Of a stretch of DNA of 64,000 nt, positions 1 through 8,137 are shown in pieces (position 1 is the stretch's first letter; every line of letters starts with the position of its first letter). Origin of the DNA: Chloroflexota bacterium. Lineage in GTDB: Bacteria > Chloroflexota > Dehalococcoidia > JAUQQI01. The stretch covers positions 11,781 through 75,780 of the forward strand of contig PSKS01000006.1 in the NCBI GenBank assembly GCA_040289115.1. The letters are read 5' to 3'. The position numbers were made by a program, and so were the translations under genes. The notes under the pieces are model-generated. The model saw nothing but the letters and a program-made list of their open reading frames with translations, ran no database searches and had not been told where the DNA came from.

Positions 1-2
1 CC

Positions 3-548
3 CCCCAGTGGCCCGAAACCCTTTACGGCGTCTACAAGCAGGCCAATGAGGGTACGGCCCGCCTTTACTGGCAGGACTACGGCGTCCCATCGGTGGGGCT
101 TCGGCCCTGGGCCGTTTACGGGGTCGGTCGGGACCAGGGGCTTACTTCGGATCCCACCAAGGCCATCAAGGCGGCGGTGCTGGGGATGCCCTTTAAAATC
201 CGGTTCGGCGGCCGGCTCGACCTCCAGTACGCCGAGGACGTGGCCAGGATCTTCATCGCCGCCGCCCGGCGGAGCGTGGCTGGGGCCCCGGTTTTCAACA
301 TCCGGGGCAATGTGCTTTCGGTCGAAGAATTTCTGGCCGAGCTGGCCGGAGTTTTACCCGAAAGCCGGGGCCTTATCGGCTGGGAGGGCCCGCCCCTGCC
401 CCTCCCCCCCGAGCTGGACGACCGGGGACTCCGGGAGTTTCTGGGGGGTCAGGTTCCCCACACGCCCCTGGCCGAAGGAATCCGCCAGACGGCCGAGACC
501 TTCCGGGCCCTTGAGGCGGCCGGGCGGTTGGACCCACGCATCGACTGA
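3..548 (+). CDS. NAD-dependent epimerase/dehydratase family protein, C-terminal fragment (5' end outside window)
   Basis: Open frame from window edge to TGA at 546-548. Translation ...YGVYKQANEGTARLYWQDYGVPSVGLRPWAVYGVGRDQG... is typical of the extended SDR epimerase C-terminal half. Confidence 0.55.
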   Translation, partial: PQWPETLYGVYKQANEGTARLYWQDYGVPSVGLRPWAVYGVGRDQGLTSDPTKAIKAAVLGMPFKIRFGGRLDLQYAEDVARIFIAAARRSVAGAPVFNIRGNVLSVEEFLAELAGVLPESRGLIGWEGPPLPLPPELDDRGLREFLGGQVPHTPLAEGIRQTAETFRALEAAGRLDPRID

Positions 549-1483
549 TGGCCGGGCGGCCGAAGCCGGTGGTCATCGTCGGGCCGACGGCTACCGGCAA
601 GTCCGACCTGGCCGTCGCCCTGGCCGAGCGGTTCGGCGGCGAAATCGTAAACGCCGACAGCCGCCAAGTTTACCGCTGTCTGGACATTGGTACGGCCAAG
701 CCTCCGCCCGAAGTCCGGCGGCGAATCCCCCACCACCTTTTCGATATCGTCCGGCCCGATGAGGAGTTCAGCGTTGCCCTTTACACCCGCCTGGCCCGGG
801 AGGTCGTGGAGGACATCGCCCGCCGGGGTCGGCTTCCCATCCTGGTGGGGGGTACCGGACATTACATCTGGGCCCTCTTGGAAGGCTACCAGGTCCCCCC
901 GATCCCCCCGGACCCGGAGCTGCGCCGCCGCCTCCGGGACCGGGCCGAACGGGAGGGGCCCGAGGCCCTCTACGCCGAGCTAAAGGCCGCAGACCCCGAG
1001 GCCGCAGCTAGGATCGACCCCCGGAACCTACGCCGGGTAATCCGGGCCCTCGAGGTTATAACCAAAACCGGCCGGAAGTTCTCCGAACTCCGGCTCAAAA
1101 ACCCGCCCCCCTGGGACCCCTTTATCATCGGTCTTACGCTGGACCGCCAAAAGCTTTACAGGCGCATCGACCGGCGGGTTGAGGAGATGATAGCCGCCGG
1201 GTGGGTGGACGAGGTCCGTCGGCTCCTGGAAAAGGGCTATTCACCGGAGCTTCCGGCCCTGACCGGCCACGGCTACCGCTGGCTTGCAAAGTACTTAAAG
1301 GGCGAAATCCCCTTGGAAGAGGCCATCGCCCGGACCAAAAACGAAATCCACAACTACGCCCGCCACCAGTACGCCTGGTTCCGGCTCAGCGACCCCCGCA
1401 TAACCTGGCTGGAGGCCGACGACCCGGGCCTGTTCGAGAAGGCCGCGACCCTGGTGGGGCGTTACCTGGCCGGTAGAGGTTAG
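548..1483 (+). CDS. miaA: tRNA dimethylallyltransferase
   Basis: N-terminal P-loop VVIVGPTATGKS, IPP-transferase-like sequence throughout, 311 aa. ATG overlaps the upstream stop (tgatg). Confidence 0.9.
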   Translation: MAGRPKPVVIVGPTATGKSDLAVALAERFGGEIVNADSRQVYRCLDIGTAKPPPEVRRRIPHHLFDIVRPDEEFSVALYTRLAREVVEDIARRGRLPILVGGTGHYIWALLEGYQVPPIPPDPELRRRLRDRAEREGPEALYAELKAADPEAAARIDPRNLRRVIRALEVITKTGRKFSELRLKNPPPWDPFIIGLTLDRQKLYRRIDRRVEEMIAAGWVDEVRRLLEKGYSPELPALTGHGYRWLAKYLKGEIPLEEAIARTKNEIHNYARHQYAWFRLSDPRITWLEADDPGLFEKAATLVGRYLAGRG

Positions 1484-1532
1484 GGTTAGGGCCGTGGTAT
1501 CCTAAAAGCGAGACCCACAGGAGAGGCTGACC

Positions 1533-2375
1533 GTGCGGTTTTATAAGGTCCACGGTCTGGGAAACGATTTTATCCTGTTCGACGCCCGGAACCGCAGGCT
1601 CGACTGGCACCGGCTAGCGCCCCGGCTCTGCGACCGCCATTTCGGCATCGGGGCCGATGGCCTCCTGCTTTTGGAAACGGGGGAAAAGGCCCCCTTCAAA
1701 ATGCGCATTATCAATGCCGACGGCTCCGAGGCCGAGATGTGCGGCAACGGCATCCGCTGTTTCGCCAAGTACCTGGCCGACCACAGTTACATCCCGGCCG
1801 ACCAGGACGAGTTGGAAGTAGAGACCTTGGCCGGAGTCCAACGGCTGCGGCTGATCCGGCGGGGCGGGGTGGTGGAGGCCATTCAGGTCGGGATGGGCCA
1901 GCCCCGCCTCGACCCAGCCGAGATCCCGGTGGACCTGCCAGGGCCGGGGCCCATCGTCGACTACCCCCTCCCGGTGGACGGCCACCGGCTGGCCCTAACC
2001 TTCGTCTCCATGGGCAACCCCCACGCCGTAGCCTTCCTGGACGAGCCCGTCGAAGCCTTCCCCTTGGAACAGGTCGGGCCGAAGGTGGAGCATAACCCCC
2101 TCTTCCCCCGGCGAACCAACTTCGAGGTGGTTAACCGGCTTGCCCCGGACCATTACCGGGTTCGGGTCTGGGAGCGGGGGGTTGGACCCACCTTGGCCTG
2201 TGGCACCGGGGCCTGCGCCGTGGCCGTGGCCGCCCGCCTCAAGGGCCTCGCCCCCGAGAAGGTTCGGGTCGAACTGCCCGGCGGAAGCCTCGAAATCGAG
2301 TGGGACGGCCGGGGCGAGGTGCTCATGACCGGCCCGGCCGCCGAAGTCTTCGTCGGCGAGTGGTTCGAGGATTGA
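1533..2375 (+). CDS. dapF: diaminopimelate epimerase
   Basis: MRFYKVHGLGNDFILFD N-terminus and two catalytic-Cys regions (EMCGNGIRC, ACGTGACA), 280 aa. GTG start with GGAGAGG SD. Confidence 0.9.
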   Translation: MRFYKVHGLGNDFILFDARNRRLDWHRLAPRLCDRHFGIGADGLLLLETGEKAPFKMRIINADGSEAEMCGNGIRCFAKYLADHSYIPADQDELEVETLAGVQRLRLIRRGGVVEAIQVGMGQPRLDPAEIPVDLPGPGPIVDYPLPVDGHRLALTFVSMGNPHAVAFLDEPVEAFPLEQVGPKVEHNPLFPRRTNFEVVNRLAPDHYRVRVWERGVGPTLACGTGACAVAVAARLKGLAPEKVRVELPGGSLEIEWDGRGEVLMTGPAAEVFVGEWFED

Positions 2376-2413
2376 GCCGCCCGCCAGACCAGCCCCACCA
2401 GGAGGCCCCAAAG

Positions 2414-3580
2414 ATGAAGACCTCCCGCCGTCTCGGTCTACTGCCGCCTTATCTTTTCGCCGATATCAGCCGAACCGTCAGCCGGCTACGGGCGGAGGGC
2501 CAGGATGTGATCAGCCTGGGCATCGGCGACCCGGACCTGCCGACGCCGGAGCCCATCATTGAGGCCCTCACCCGGGCCGCCCGGGACCCGGTTAACCACC
2601 GCTACCCTGAAAGTGAGGGTCTGCCCGAGCTCCGAGCCGCCATCGCCGACTGGTACTGGCGCCGCTTCGGGGTGAGCCTGGACCCCAACTCGGAAGTAGT
2701 GCCCCTCATCGGCTCCAAAGAAGGGATCGCCCATATCCCCCTGGCCCTGATCGACCCCGGGGATATAGTTCTGGTGCCCGACCCGGGGTACCCGGTCTAC
2801 ACTTCCGGGGCGGTCTTCGCCGGCGGAGAGGTTTTCTACCTGCCCCTTAAAGAGGAGCGGGGCTTTCTACCGGACCTGGGGACCGTTCCTACGGAGGTGG
2901 CCCGCCGGGCCAAACTCCTCTGGCTCAACTACCCAAACAACCCCACCGGGGCCACTGCCGATGGTGCCTTCTTCCGGGAAGTCGTCGAGTTTGCCCGCCA
3001 GTTTGACATCGTTGTCTGCCACGACGCCGCCTACACCGAGGTGGCCTTCGACGGCTACCGGCCCGGCTCCTTCCTGCAGGTGGCGGGGGCCCGGGATGTG
3101 GGGGTAGAGTTTCACAGCCTCTCGAAGACGTATAATATGACCGGGTGGCGGGTTGGGATGGCCGTGGGCAACCCGGAGCTCATCCGGGCCCTCACCCAGG
3201 TAAAGACTAACTTTGATTCGGGAATTCCCCAGGCGATCCAGTGGGCGGCCGTAACCGCCCTGCGGGGCCCCGACGAGTGGGTTGAGGCCAATAACCGGGT
3301 CTACCGCCGCCGGCGCGACCTGGCCGTTGAAGCCCTTCAGGCAGCCGGCTTCGAGGTCCGGCCGCCCAAGGCCGGTTTCTACCTCTGGGTTCGCACCCCC
3401 AACGGCCAACCCGCCATCGAGTTTGCCCTCCGGCTGCTGGAGGCCACCGCGGTCGTGGTCACCCCAGGCGTCGGCTTCGGACCGAACGGCGAGGGCTATT
3501 TCCGAATCTCCCTGACCACGCCGGACGACCGTCTTGAAGAGGCCCTGCGGCGGCTGGTCGGCTGGAAAAACCATGGCTGA
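2414..3580 (+). CDS. dapL: LL-diaminopimelate aminotransferase-like class I/II PLP aminotransferase
   Basis: PLP aminotransferase fold I signature (SLSKTYNMTGWRVG), 388 aa from ATG 2414 with AGGAGG SD. Sits directly downstream of dapF, which is the DapL-route context. The listed ORF starts earlier (2300), but that N-terminus is Arg-rich junk. Confidence 0.65.
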   Translation: MKTSRRLGLLPPYLFADISRTVSRLRAEGQDVISLGIGDPDLPTPEPIIEALTRAARDPVNHRYPESEGLPELRAAIADWYWRRFGVSLDPNSEVVPLIGSKEGIAHIPLALIDPGDIVLVPDPGYPVYTSGAVFAGGEVFYLPLKEERGFLPDLGTVPTEVARRAKLLWLNYPNNPTGATADGAFFREVVEFARQFDIVVCHDAAYTEVAFDGYRPGSFLQVAGARDVGVEFHSLSKTYNMTGWRVGMAVGNPELIRALTQVKTNFDSGIPQAIQWAAVTALRGPDEWVEANNRVYRRRRDLAVEALQAAGFEVRPPKAGFYLWVRTPNGQPAIEFALRLLEATAVVVTPGVGFGPNGEGYFRISLTTPDDRLEEALRRLVGWKNHG

Positions 3581-4859
3581 GATGACGGCAGTCGAAAAGG
3601 CAATCTTAGTCGGCGTTGAGCTCATCGGCCGCCAGAACGGTTGGCCCCTTGAAGATTCGTTGGCGGAGCTGGCCCAGCTCGCCCGAACCGCCGGGGCGGA
3701 GGTGGTGGCCGTGGTCCGGCAGCGGCTAGAGGCCCCAAACCCCGCCTTTTACATCGGCCGGGGAAAGGCCCAGGAGGTTGCTGACCTGCGGCGGGCCCTT
3801 GGGGCGAATCTGGTCATCTTCGACGACGAGCTCAGCCCCAGCCAGCAGCGCAACTTGGAAAATGCCATCCAAGCCAAGGTCATCGACCGGACGGTGCTCA
3901 TCCTGGACATCTTCGCCCGGCGGGCCCGGACCCGGGAGGGACAGCTTCAGGTGGAGCTGGCCCAGCACGAGTATCTGCTGCCCCGCCTGGCCGGCCAGTG
4001 GTCCCACCTGGAGCGGCTGGGCGGCGGCATCGGCACCCGGGGCCCGGGTGAGAGCCAGCTGGAGACGGACCGCCGCCTCATCCGGGACCGCATCGCCCGG
4101 TTGCGCCGGGAGCTGGACGCCGTCCGCCAGCACCGGGCCCTCTACCGCCGCCGGCGCAAGCGCAGCGGCACGCAGGTGGTGGCCCTGGTGGGCTACACTA
4201 ACGCCGGCAAGTCCACCATCCTTAATGCCTTAACCGGGGCCGGCGTGCCGGCCGAAGACAAGCTCTTCGCCACCCTGGACCCGACCACCCGTCGGCTCGC
4301 CCTACCCGGGCGGCAGGAGGTCCTGCTTACAGACACCGTCGGCTTCATCCAGAAGCTTCCCCCAACGCTGGTGGCCGCCTTCCGGGCAACCCTGGAAGAG
4401 CTGGAGGAAGCCGATTTGCTCCTGCACGTGGTAGACGTCTCCCACCCCAACGCCGACCGGCAGGTGGAAGTGGTGCTAGAAACCCTGGCGGACCTGAACC
4501 TGGACGAGAAGCCGGTGCTCACGGTCCTTAACAAGGTGGACCGACTGCCCGGCCCAACCGGCCCCGGGCGACGGGCCGAGCTCGCCCGCCGGCTCCGCCT
4601 CGACCCGGCCGGCGTAGTCCTTACGTCGGCGACCACCGGCTGGGGCCTGGACGAGCTGCGCCGCCGCATCCAGGAGGCCCTCACCCAGCCGATGGTGGAC
4701 GTCGAACTGGAGATCCCTTACGAGGCCACCGGGGTAGTAGAGCTCGTCAGACGGCAGGGGAATATCTGGGCCGAACGCCACACCCCGAAAGGGACTTGGC
4801 TGGCAGGACGGGTCCCTCACCACCTGGCCAGCCGCCTGGCCGCCTACCGGGTGGGCTAA
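3573..4859 (+). CDS. hflX: GTPase HflX
   Basis: HflX N-domain plus G-domain motifs (GYTNAGKST, DTVGF, NKVD). Confidence 0.9.
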   Translation: MAEMTAVEKAILVGVELIGRQNGWPLEDSLAELAQLARTAGAEVVAVVRQRLEAPNPAFYIGRGKAQEVADLRRALGANLVIFDDELSPSQQRNLENAIQAKVIDRTVLILDIFARRARTREGQLQVELAQHEYLLPRLAGQWSHLERLGGGIGTRGPGESQLETDRRLIRDRIARLRRELDAVRQHRALYRRRRKRSGTQVVALVGYTNAGKSTILNALTGAGVPAEDKLFATLDPTTRRLALPGRQEVLLTDTVGFIQKLPPTLVAAFRATLEELEEADLLLHVVDVSHPNADRQVEVVLETLADLNLDEKPVLTVLNKVDRLPGPTGPGRRAELARRLRLDPAGVVLTSATTGWGLDELRRRIQEALTQPMVDVELEIPYEATGVVELVRRQGNIWAERHTPKGTWLAGRVPHHLASRLAAYRVG

Positions 4860-5854
4860 CGGCCCAGAGCTAGCCGGAGGGCGACCTCGGCCAGCAGGCC
4901 GCCGACGAGCAGGAGACCAAAGCGACGGTTGTGCAGGAAGGTGCCCCCCACGTACCAGAGGGGCCGGTCGGGTGGCCTTGGCTGTTCCAGAAACTTTAAG
5001 GTCTTAAAAGCCCCGCCCAGGTTAAGTAAAACGGCCAGCATGCCCGGAAAGCCCTGCCAGAGGGCCGCCCCAACGGCCGTAACATACATCAAGACGATTA
5101 GCCCCTGCGTCAGCCGCCGGGCCCCGGCCTCCCCCAGGATCACCGGCAGGGTCCGGACCCGCCGACCCCGGTCGAACTCGACCTTATCAAGGTGCTTGCC
5201 CAACAGGACGGTGGTAACCCCCAATGCGTAGGGCAAAGAGCCGAAAAAGACCCAGGCCGGGACGAAACCCGCCTGGCTGTAGTAGGTGCCCCCGACCATC
5301 AAAGGGCCCCAGACCACCAGGACAGCCAGCTCCCCCAGGCCAACGTACTTTAAAGGCAGGGGGCCGCCCGTATAACCCAGCAGAATCAGCAGCCCCAGCA
5401 GGGCAAAGGCGAGCACCCCCGGCCCGGTCACCCAGGTTAAATAAAGCCCCGCCAAGGCGGCCCCGGCCAGGCTGAGGGCAGTGGCTAGGAGCAGACCGGC
5501 GGGGGACGCCCCGCGGTGGGCCAGGGGGTGGGGACCGTATCGGACCCGGGGCGAATCGGCGGTATCCTTGCCCTGAATAAAGTCAAAATAGTCGTTGGCC
5601 AGGTTGCTGGCAAAGTGGGCCATGAGCAGGCCGCAGGTGGCCGCCAGGAACCGGACGGGGTCAAAGACCCCCGAAAGCTGGGCAAAAAGGCCGCCCAGGA
5701 GGGCCGAGACCGCCGTCATCACCAGCACGGCCGCCCGGCCCATGATGAGCCACCGGGCGATGAAGTCGGCCTCCTGCAGGGCGCCGACGTCGGGAACAGT
5801 GTAAAGGGCCAGAAGCCAGAGCCTGGGTCTCAGCCCGATGCCAACTTTCATCAC
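4856..5854 (-). CDS. UbiA-family prenyltransferase (MenA-like 1,4-dihydroxy-2-naphthoate polyprenyltransferase)
   Basis: Multi-TM protein with the Asp-rich NDYFDFIQGKD motif of UbiA/MenA enzymes. Confidence 0.7.
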   Translation of the reverse strand: MMKVGIGLRPRLWLLALYTVPDVGALQEADFIARWLIMGRAAVLVMTAVSALLGGLFAQLSGVFDPVRFLAATCGLLMAHFASNLANDYFDFIQGKDTADSPRVRYGPHPLAHRGASPAGLLLATALSLAGAALAGLYLTWVTGPGVLAFALLGLLILLGYTGGPLPLKYVGLGELAVLVVWGPLMVGGTYYSQAGFVPAWVFFGSLPYALGVTTVLLGKHLDKVEFDRGRRVRTLPVILGEAGARRLTQGLIVLMYVTAVGAALWQGFPGMLAVLLNLGGAFKTLKFLEQPRPPDRPLWYVGGTFLHNRRFGLLLVGGLLAEVALRLALGR

Positions 5855-5890
5855 TTATCCCCGGGAAAGTATAACGGATTTAGGCGACCT

Positions 5891-6523
5891 ATGGACGGCC
5901 TTTTAAACCTGCCCGTTGCCGTCCTCATCGTGGCCGCCGACCCCCTAGTCCGGGACGGTTTGGCCGCCAAGCTGGAGGACCGACCCGAACTGAGCATTGT
6001 GGGCCGAGGCGGGCCGGCGGACGCGTCCCTTTTCGCCCCCCAGGGCCCGGTGGTCCTCTGGGACCTGGGTTCGGCCCCCGAACCAGACCTGGATCCGCTG
6101 CTGGAGCTTACCGCCTCCGGGGTGACGGTGGTAGTTCTGGTCGGGCGTCCGGAGCTGACCGCGGCCGCCTTGCAGGCCGGGGCCCGGGGAGTCCTTGGGC
6201 GCACGGTGGCCGCGGAGACCCTAGCCTTGGGCCTCCTGGCCGCCGCCGGGGGGCTGATGGTCCTGGACCCGGAGCTTCTGCCGGCAGCCGGCATTCTGCG
6301 GCCCGCCGGGCCCGGTGAGCCGCCCGAAGCCCTTACCCCCCGGGAGCTGGAAGTTTTGGGCCTCGTTGCCGACGGTCTATCCAACAAGGAAATTGCTCAC
6401 CGGCTCGGCATCAGCGAACACACCGTCAAGTTCCACGTGAACACCATTATGTCCAAGCTGGGGGCCCGGAGCCGGACCGAGGCGGCGGTCATGGCCGCCC
6501 GACTGGGCCTCATTGCCATCTAG
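5891..6523 (+). CDS. LuxR/NarL-family response regulator (receiver + HTH_LuxR)
   Basis: C-terminal LTPRELEVLGLVADGLSNKEIAHRLGISEHTVKFHVNTIMSKLG is a textbook LuxR HTH. N-terminal receiver-like domain (VLIVAADP...VVLWDLG). No adjacent kinase. Confidence 0.7.
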   Translation: MDGLLNLPVAVLIVAADPLVRDGLAAKLEDRPELSIVGRGGPADASLFAPQGPVVLWDLGSAPEPDLDPLLELTASGVTVVVLVGRPELTAAALQAGARGVLGRTVAAETLALGLLAAAGGLMVLDPELLPAAGILRPAGPGEPPEALTPRELEVLGLVADGLSNKEIAHRLGISEHTVKFHVNTIMSKLGARSRTEAAVMAARLGLIAI

Positions 6524-6617
6524 CCTTTTTTCCGGGCCGTCACCTACCCGAATTACCGATGTTTTAAGCCTGCCCGGGCCTTAAGCTTCTTGTAGAAAGC
6601 GCAGGAGGTTTTAAGCC

Positions 6618-7514
6618 GTGTTCGACCGCATCAAGGCCCTCTCCGACGAGCTGGCGGCCCTGGTCCAGACCGCCGGCGAAAGCATTGTTCGGGTCAGTGC
6701 CCGGCCCCATTTCGGGGCCAGCGGCATCATCTGGTCCGCCGACGGGGTTATCGTTACCGCCGAGCACGTCATCGAGCGGGAGGACCGGATTGAGGTGGGC
6801 CTGCCCGACGGGCGGACGGTGGGAGCCCGGCTGGTCGGCCGGGACCCCACCACCGACCTGGCCCTCATCCGGGCGGAGACGGCTGACCTTAAGGCGGCCC
6901 GGTTCGGCGGGTTGGAAAACTTAAAGGTCGGGCACATCGTGGTGGCGGTGGCCCGGCCGGGCCCAGAACTCCAGGCAACCTTGGGCATCGTCAGCGCCAT
7001 CGGCGGACCCTGGCGGGCCCTGCCCGGCGGCCAGCTCGATAACTACCTTCAGACCGATGTGGCCATGTACCCGGGCTTCTCGGGCGGGGCCCTGGTGGCC
7101 GCCGACGGCTCCGTTGTCGGCCTGAACACCTCGGCCCTGGCCCGGGGCGTAAGTGTGGCTGTGCCTGCCAACACCCTTAGCCGAGTGGTCGAGACCCTCC
7201 TTACCCACGGCCGGATCCGGCGGGCCTACCTTGGGATTGCCTCCCAGCCGGTGCGCCTGCCCGATGCGGTTCGGGAGCGGGTTGGGCGGGGGATGGGCCT
7301 CATCGTCGTTTCGGTGGAGACGGGCAGTCCGGCCGACCGGGCCGGTCTCACTGTCGGCGACGTCATCATCGCCGTCGGGGACCAGCCGGTAAGCCGGCCC
7401 GACGAACTGCTGGCCCAGCTCACGGCCGACCGCATCGGCCAGCCCCTTACTCTACGGGTGCTGCGGGGCGGCCAGCCGGCCGAACTTACGGTAATACCGG
7501 CGGAAAGGTCTTAG
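6618..7514 (+). CDS. HtrA/DegP-family trypsin-like serine protease with PDZ domain
   Basis: Catalytic triad context TAEHVI / DLALIR / GFSGGAL and a C-terminal PDZ (GLIVVSVETGSPADRAGLTVGDVIIAVG). GTG start preceded by AGGAGG. Confidence 0.8.
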   Translation: MFDRIKALSDELAALVQTAGESIVRVSARPHFGASGIIWSADGVIVTAEHVIEREDRIEVGLPDGRTVGARLVGRDPTTDLALIRAETADLKAARFGGLENLKVGHIVVAVARPGPELQATLGIVSAIGGPWRALPGGQLDNYLQTDVAMYPGFSGGALVAADGSVVGLNTSALARGVSVAVPANTLSRVVETLLTHGRIRRAYLGIASQPVRLPDAVRERVGRGMGLIVVSVETGSPADRAGLTVGDVIIAVGDQPVSRPDELLAQLTADRIGQPLTLRVLRGGQPAELTVIPAERS

Positions 7515-7526
7515 TGAGAAGCAGCA

Positions 7527-8126
7527 ATGGGGAAGCTTTTAACCCGGCTTAACGCCGAACTGGCGGACCTGGCCGCCACCGCCCGGGCCGCCCTGGTCCG
7601 GGTTGGGGTTCGGGGGGCCTTCGGGGTGGGCTCGGGGATCATCCTCCACCCTGAGGGCCTGATTCTCACCAACGCCCACGTCGTCCGGGGCGAGCCCATC
7701 TGGGTGCGGCTAACCAATGGCCAGCAGCTCCCGGCCAAGGTCTTGGGCCGGGACCCAACGGGCGACCTGGCCGCCCTCCTGGTGCACGCCGGCGGCCTGC
7801 CGGCCCTTGAACTGGCCGCCGCCGAGCCGGCCCCTGGAAGCCTGGTGCTGGCCCTAGGCCATCCCTGGGGGATTGAGGCGGCGGCAAGCTTTGGGGTGGT
7901 GACCGGCCTAGCCGCCGACGAGGTCGGGCGGGAGTGGGTCCTGGTTAACCTGCGGCTCCGGCCGGGCAACTCGGGCGGCCCCCTGGTGGATGCCGCCGGC
8001 CGGGTCGTCGGCATAAACACGATAATGACCGGGGCCGAAACTGGGGCGGCCGTATCGGTCCGTTCGGCCCGGGCGTTTCTCAAGCGAGTTCTGGCCGAGC
8101 ACCTGCGGCCAGCGGCCGCCGGCTAG
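7527..8126 (+). CDS. trypsin-like serine protease (S1C-like, no PDZ)
   Basis: TNAHVV, DLAAL and GNSGGPL triad contexts, 199 aa. Immediately downstream of the PDZ-protease. Confidence 0.7.
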   Translation: MGKLLTRLNAELADLAATARAALVRVGVRGAFGVGSGIILHPEGLILTNAHVVRGEPIWVRLTNGQQLPAKVLGRDPTGDLAALLVHAGGLPALELAAAEPAPGSLVLALGHPWGIEAAASFGVVTGLAADEVGREWVLVNLRLRPGNSGGPLVDAAGRVVGINTIMTGAETGAAVSVRSARAFLKRVLAEHLRPAAAG

Positions 8127-8137
8127 CGCGGCCCCGG

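Noticed and set aside
2300-2413. N-terminal 38 codons of the listed dapL ORF
   Set aside because: Arg-rich, overlaps the dapF 3' end. ATG 2414 has an AGGAGG SD and yields a normal aminotransferase N-terminus.
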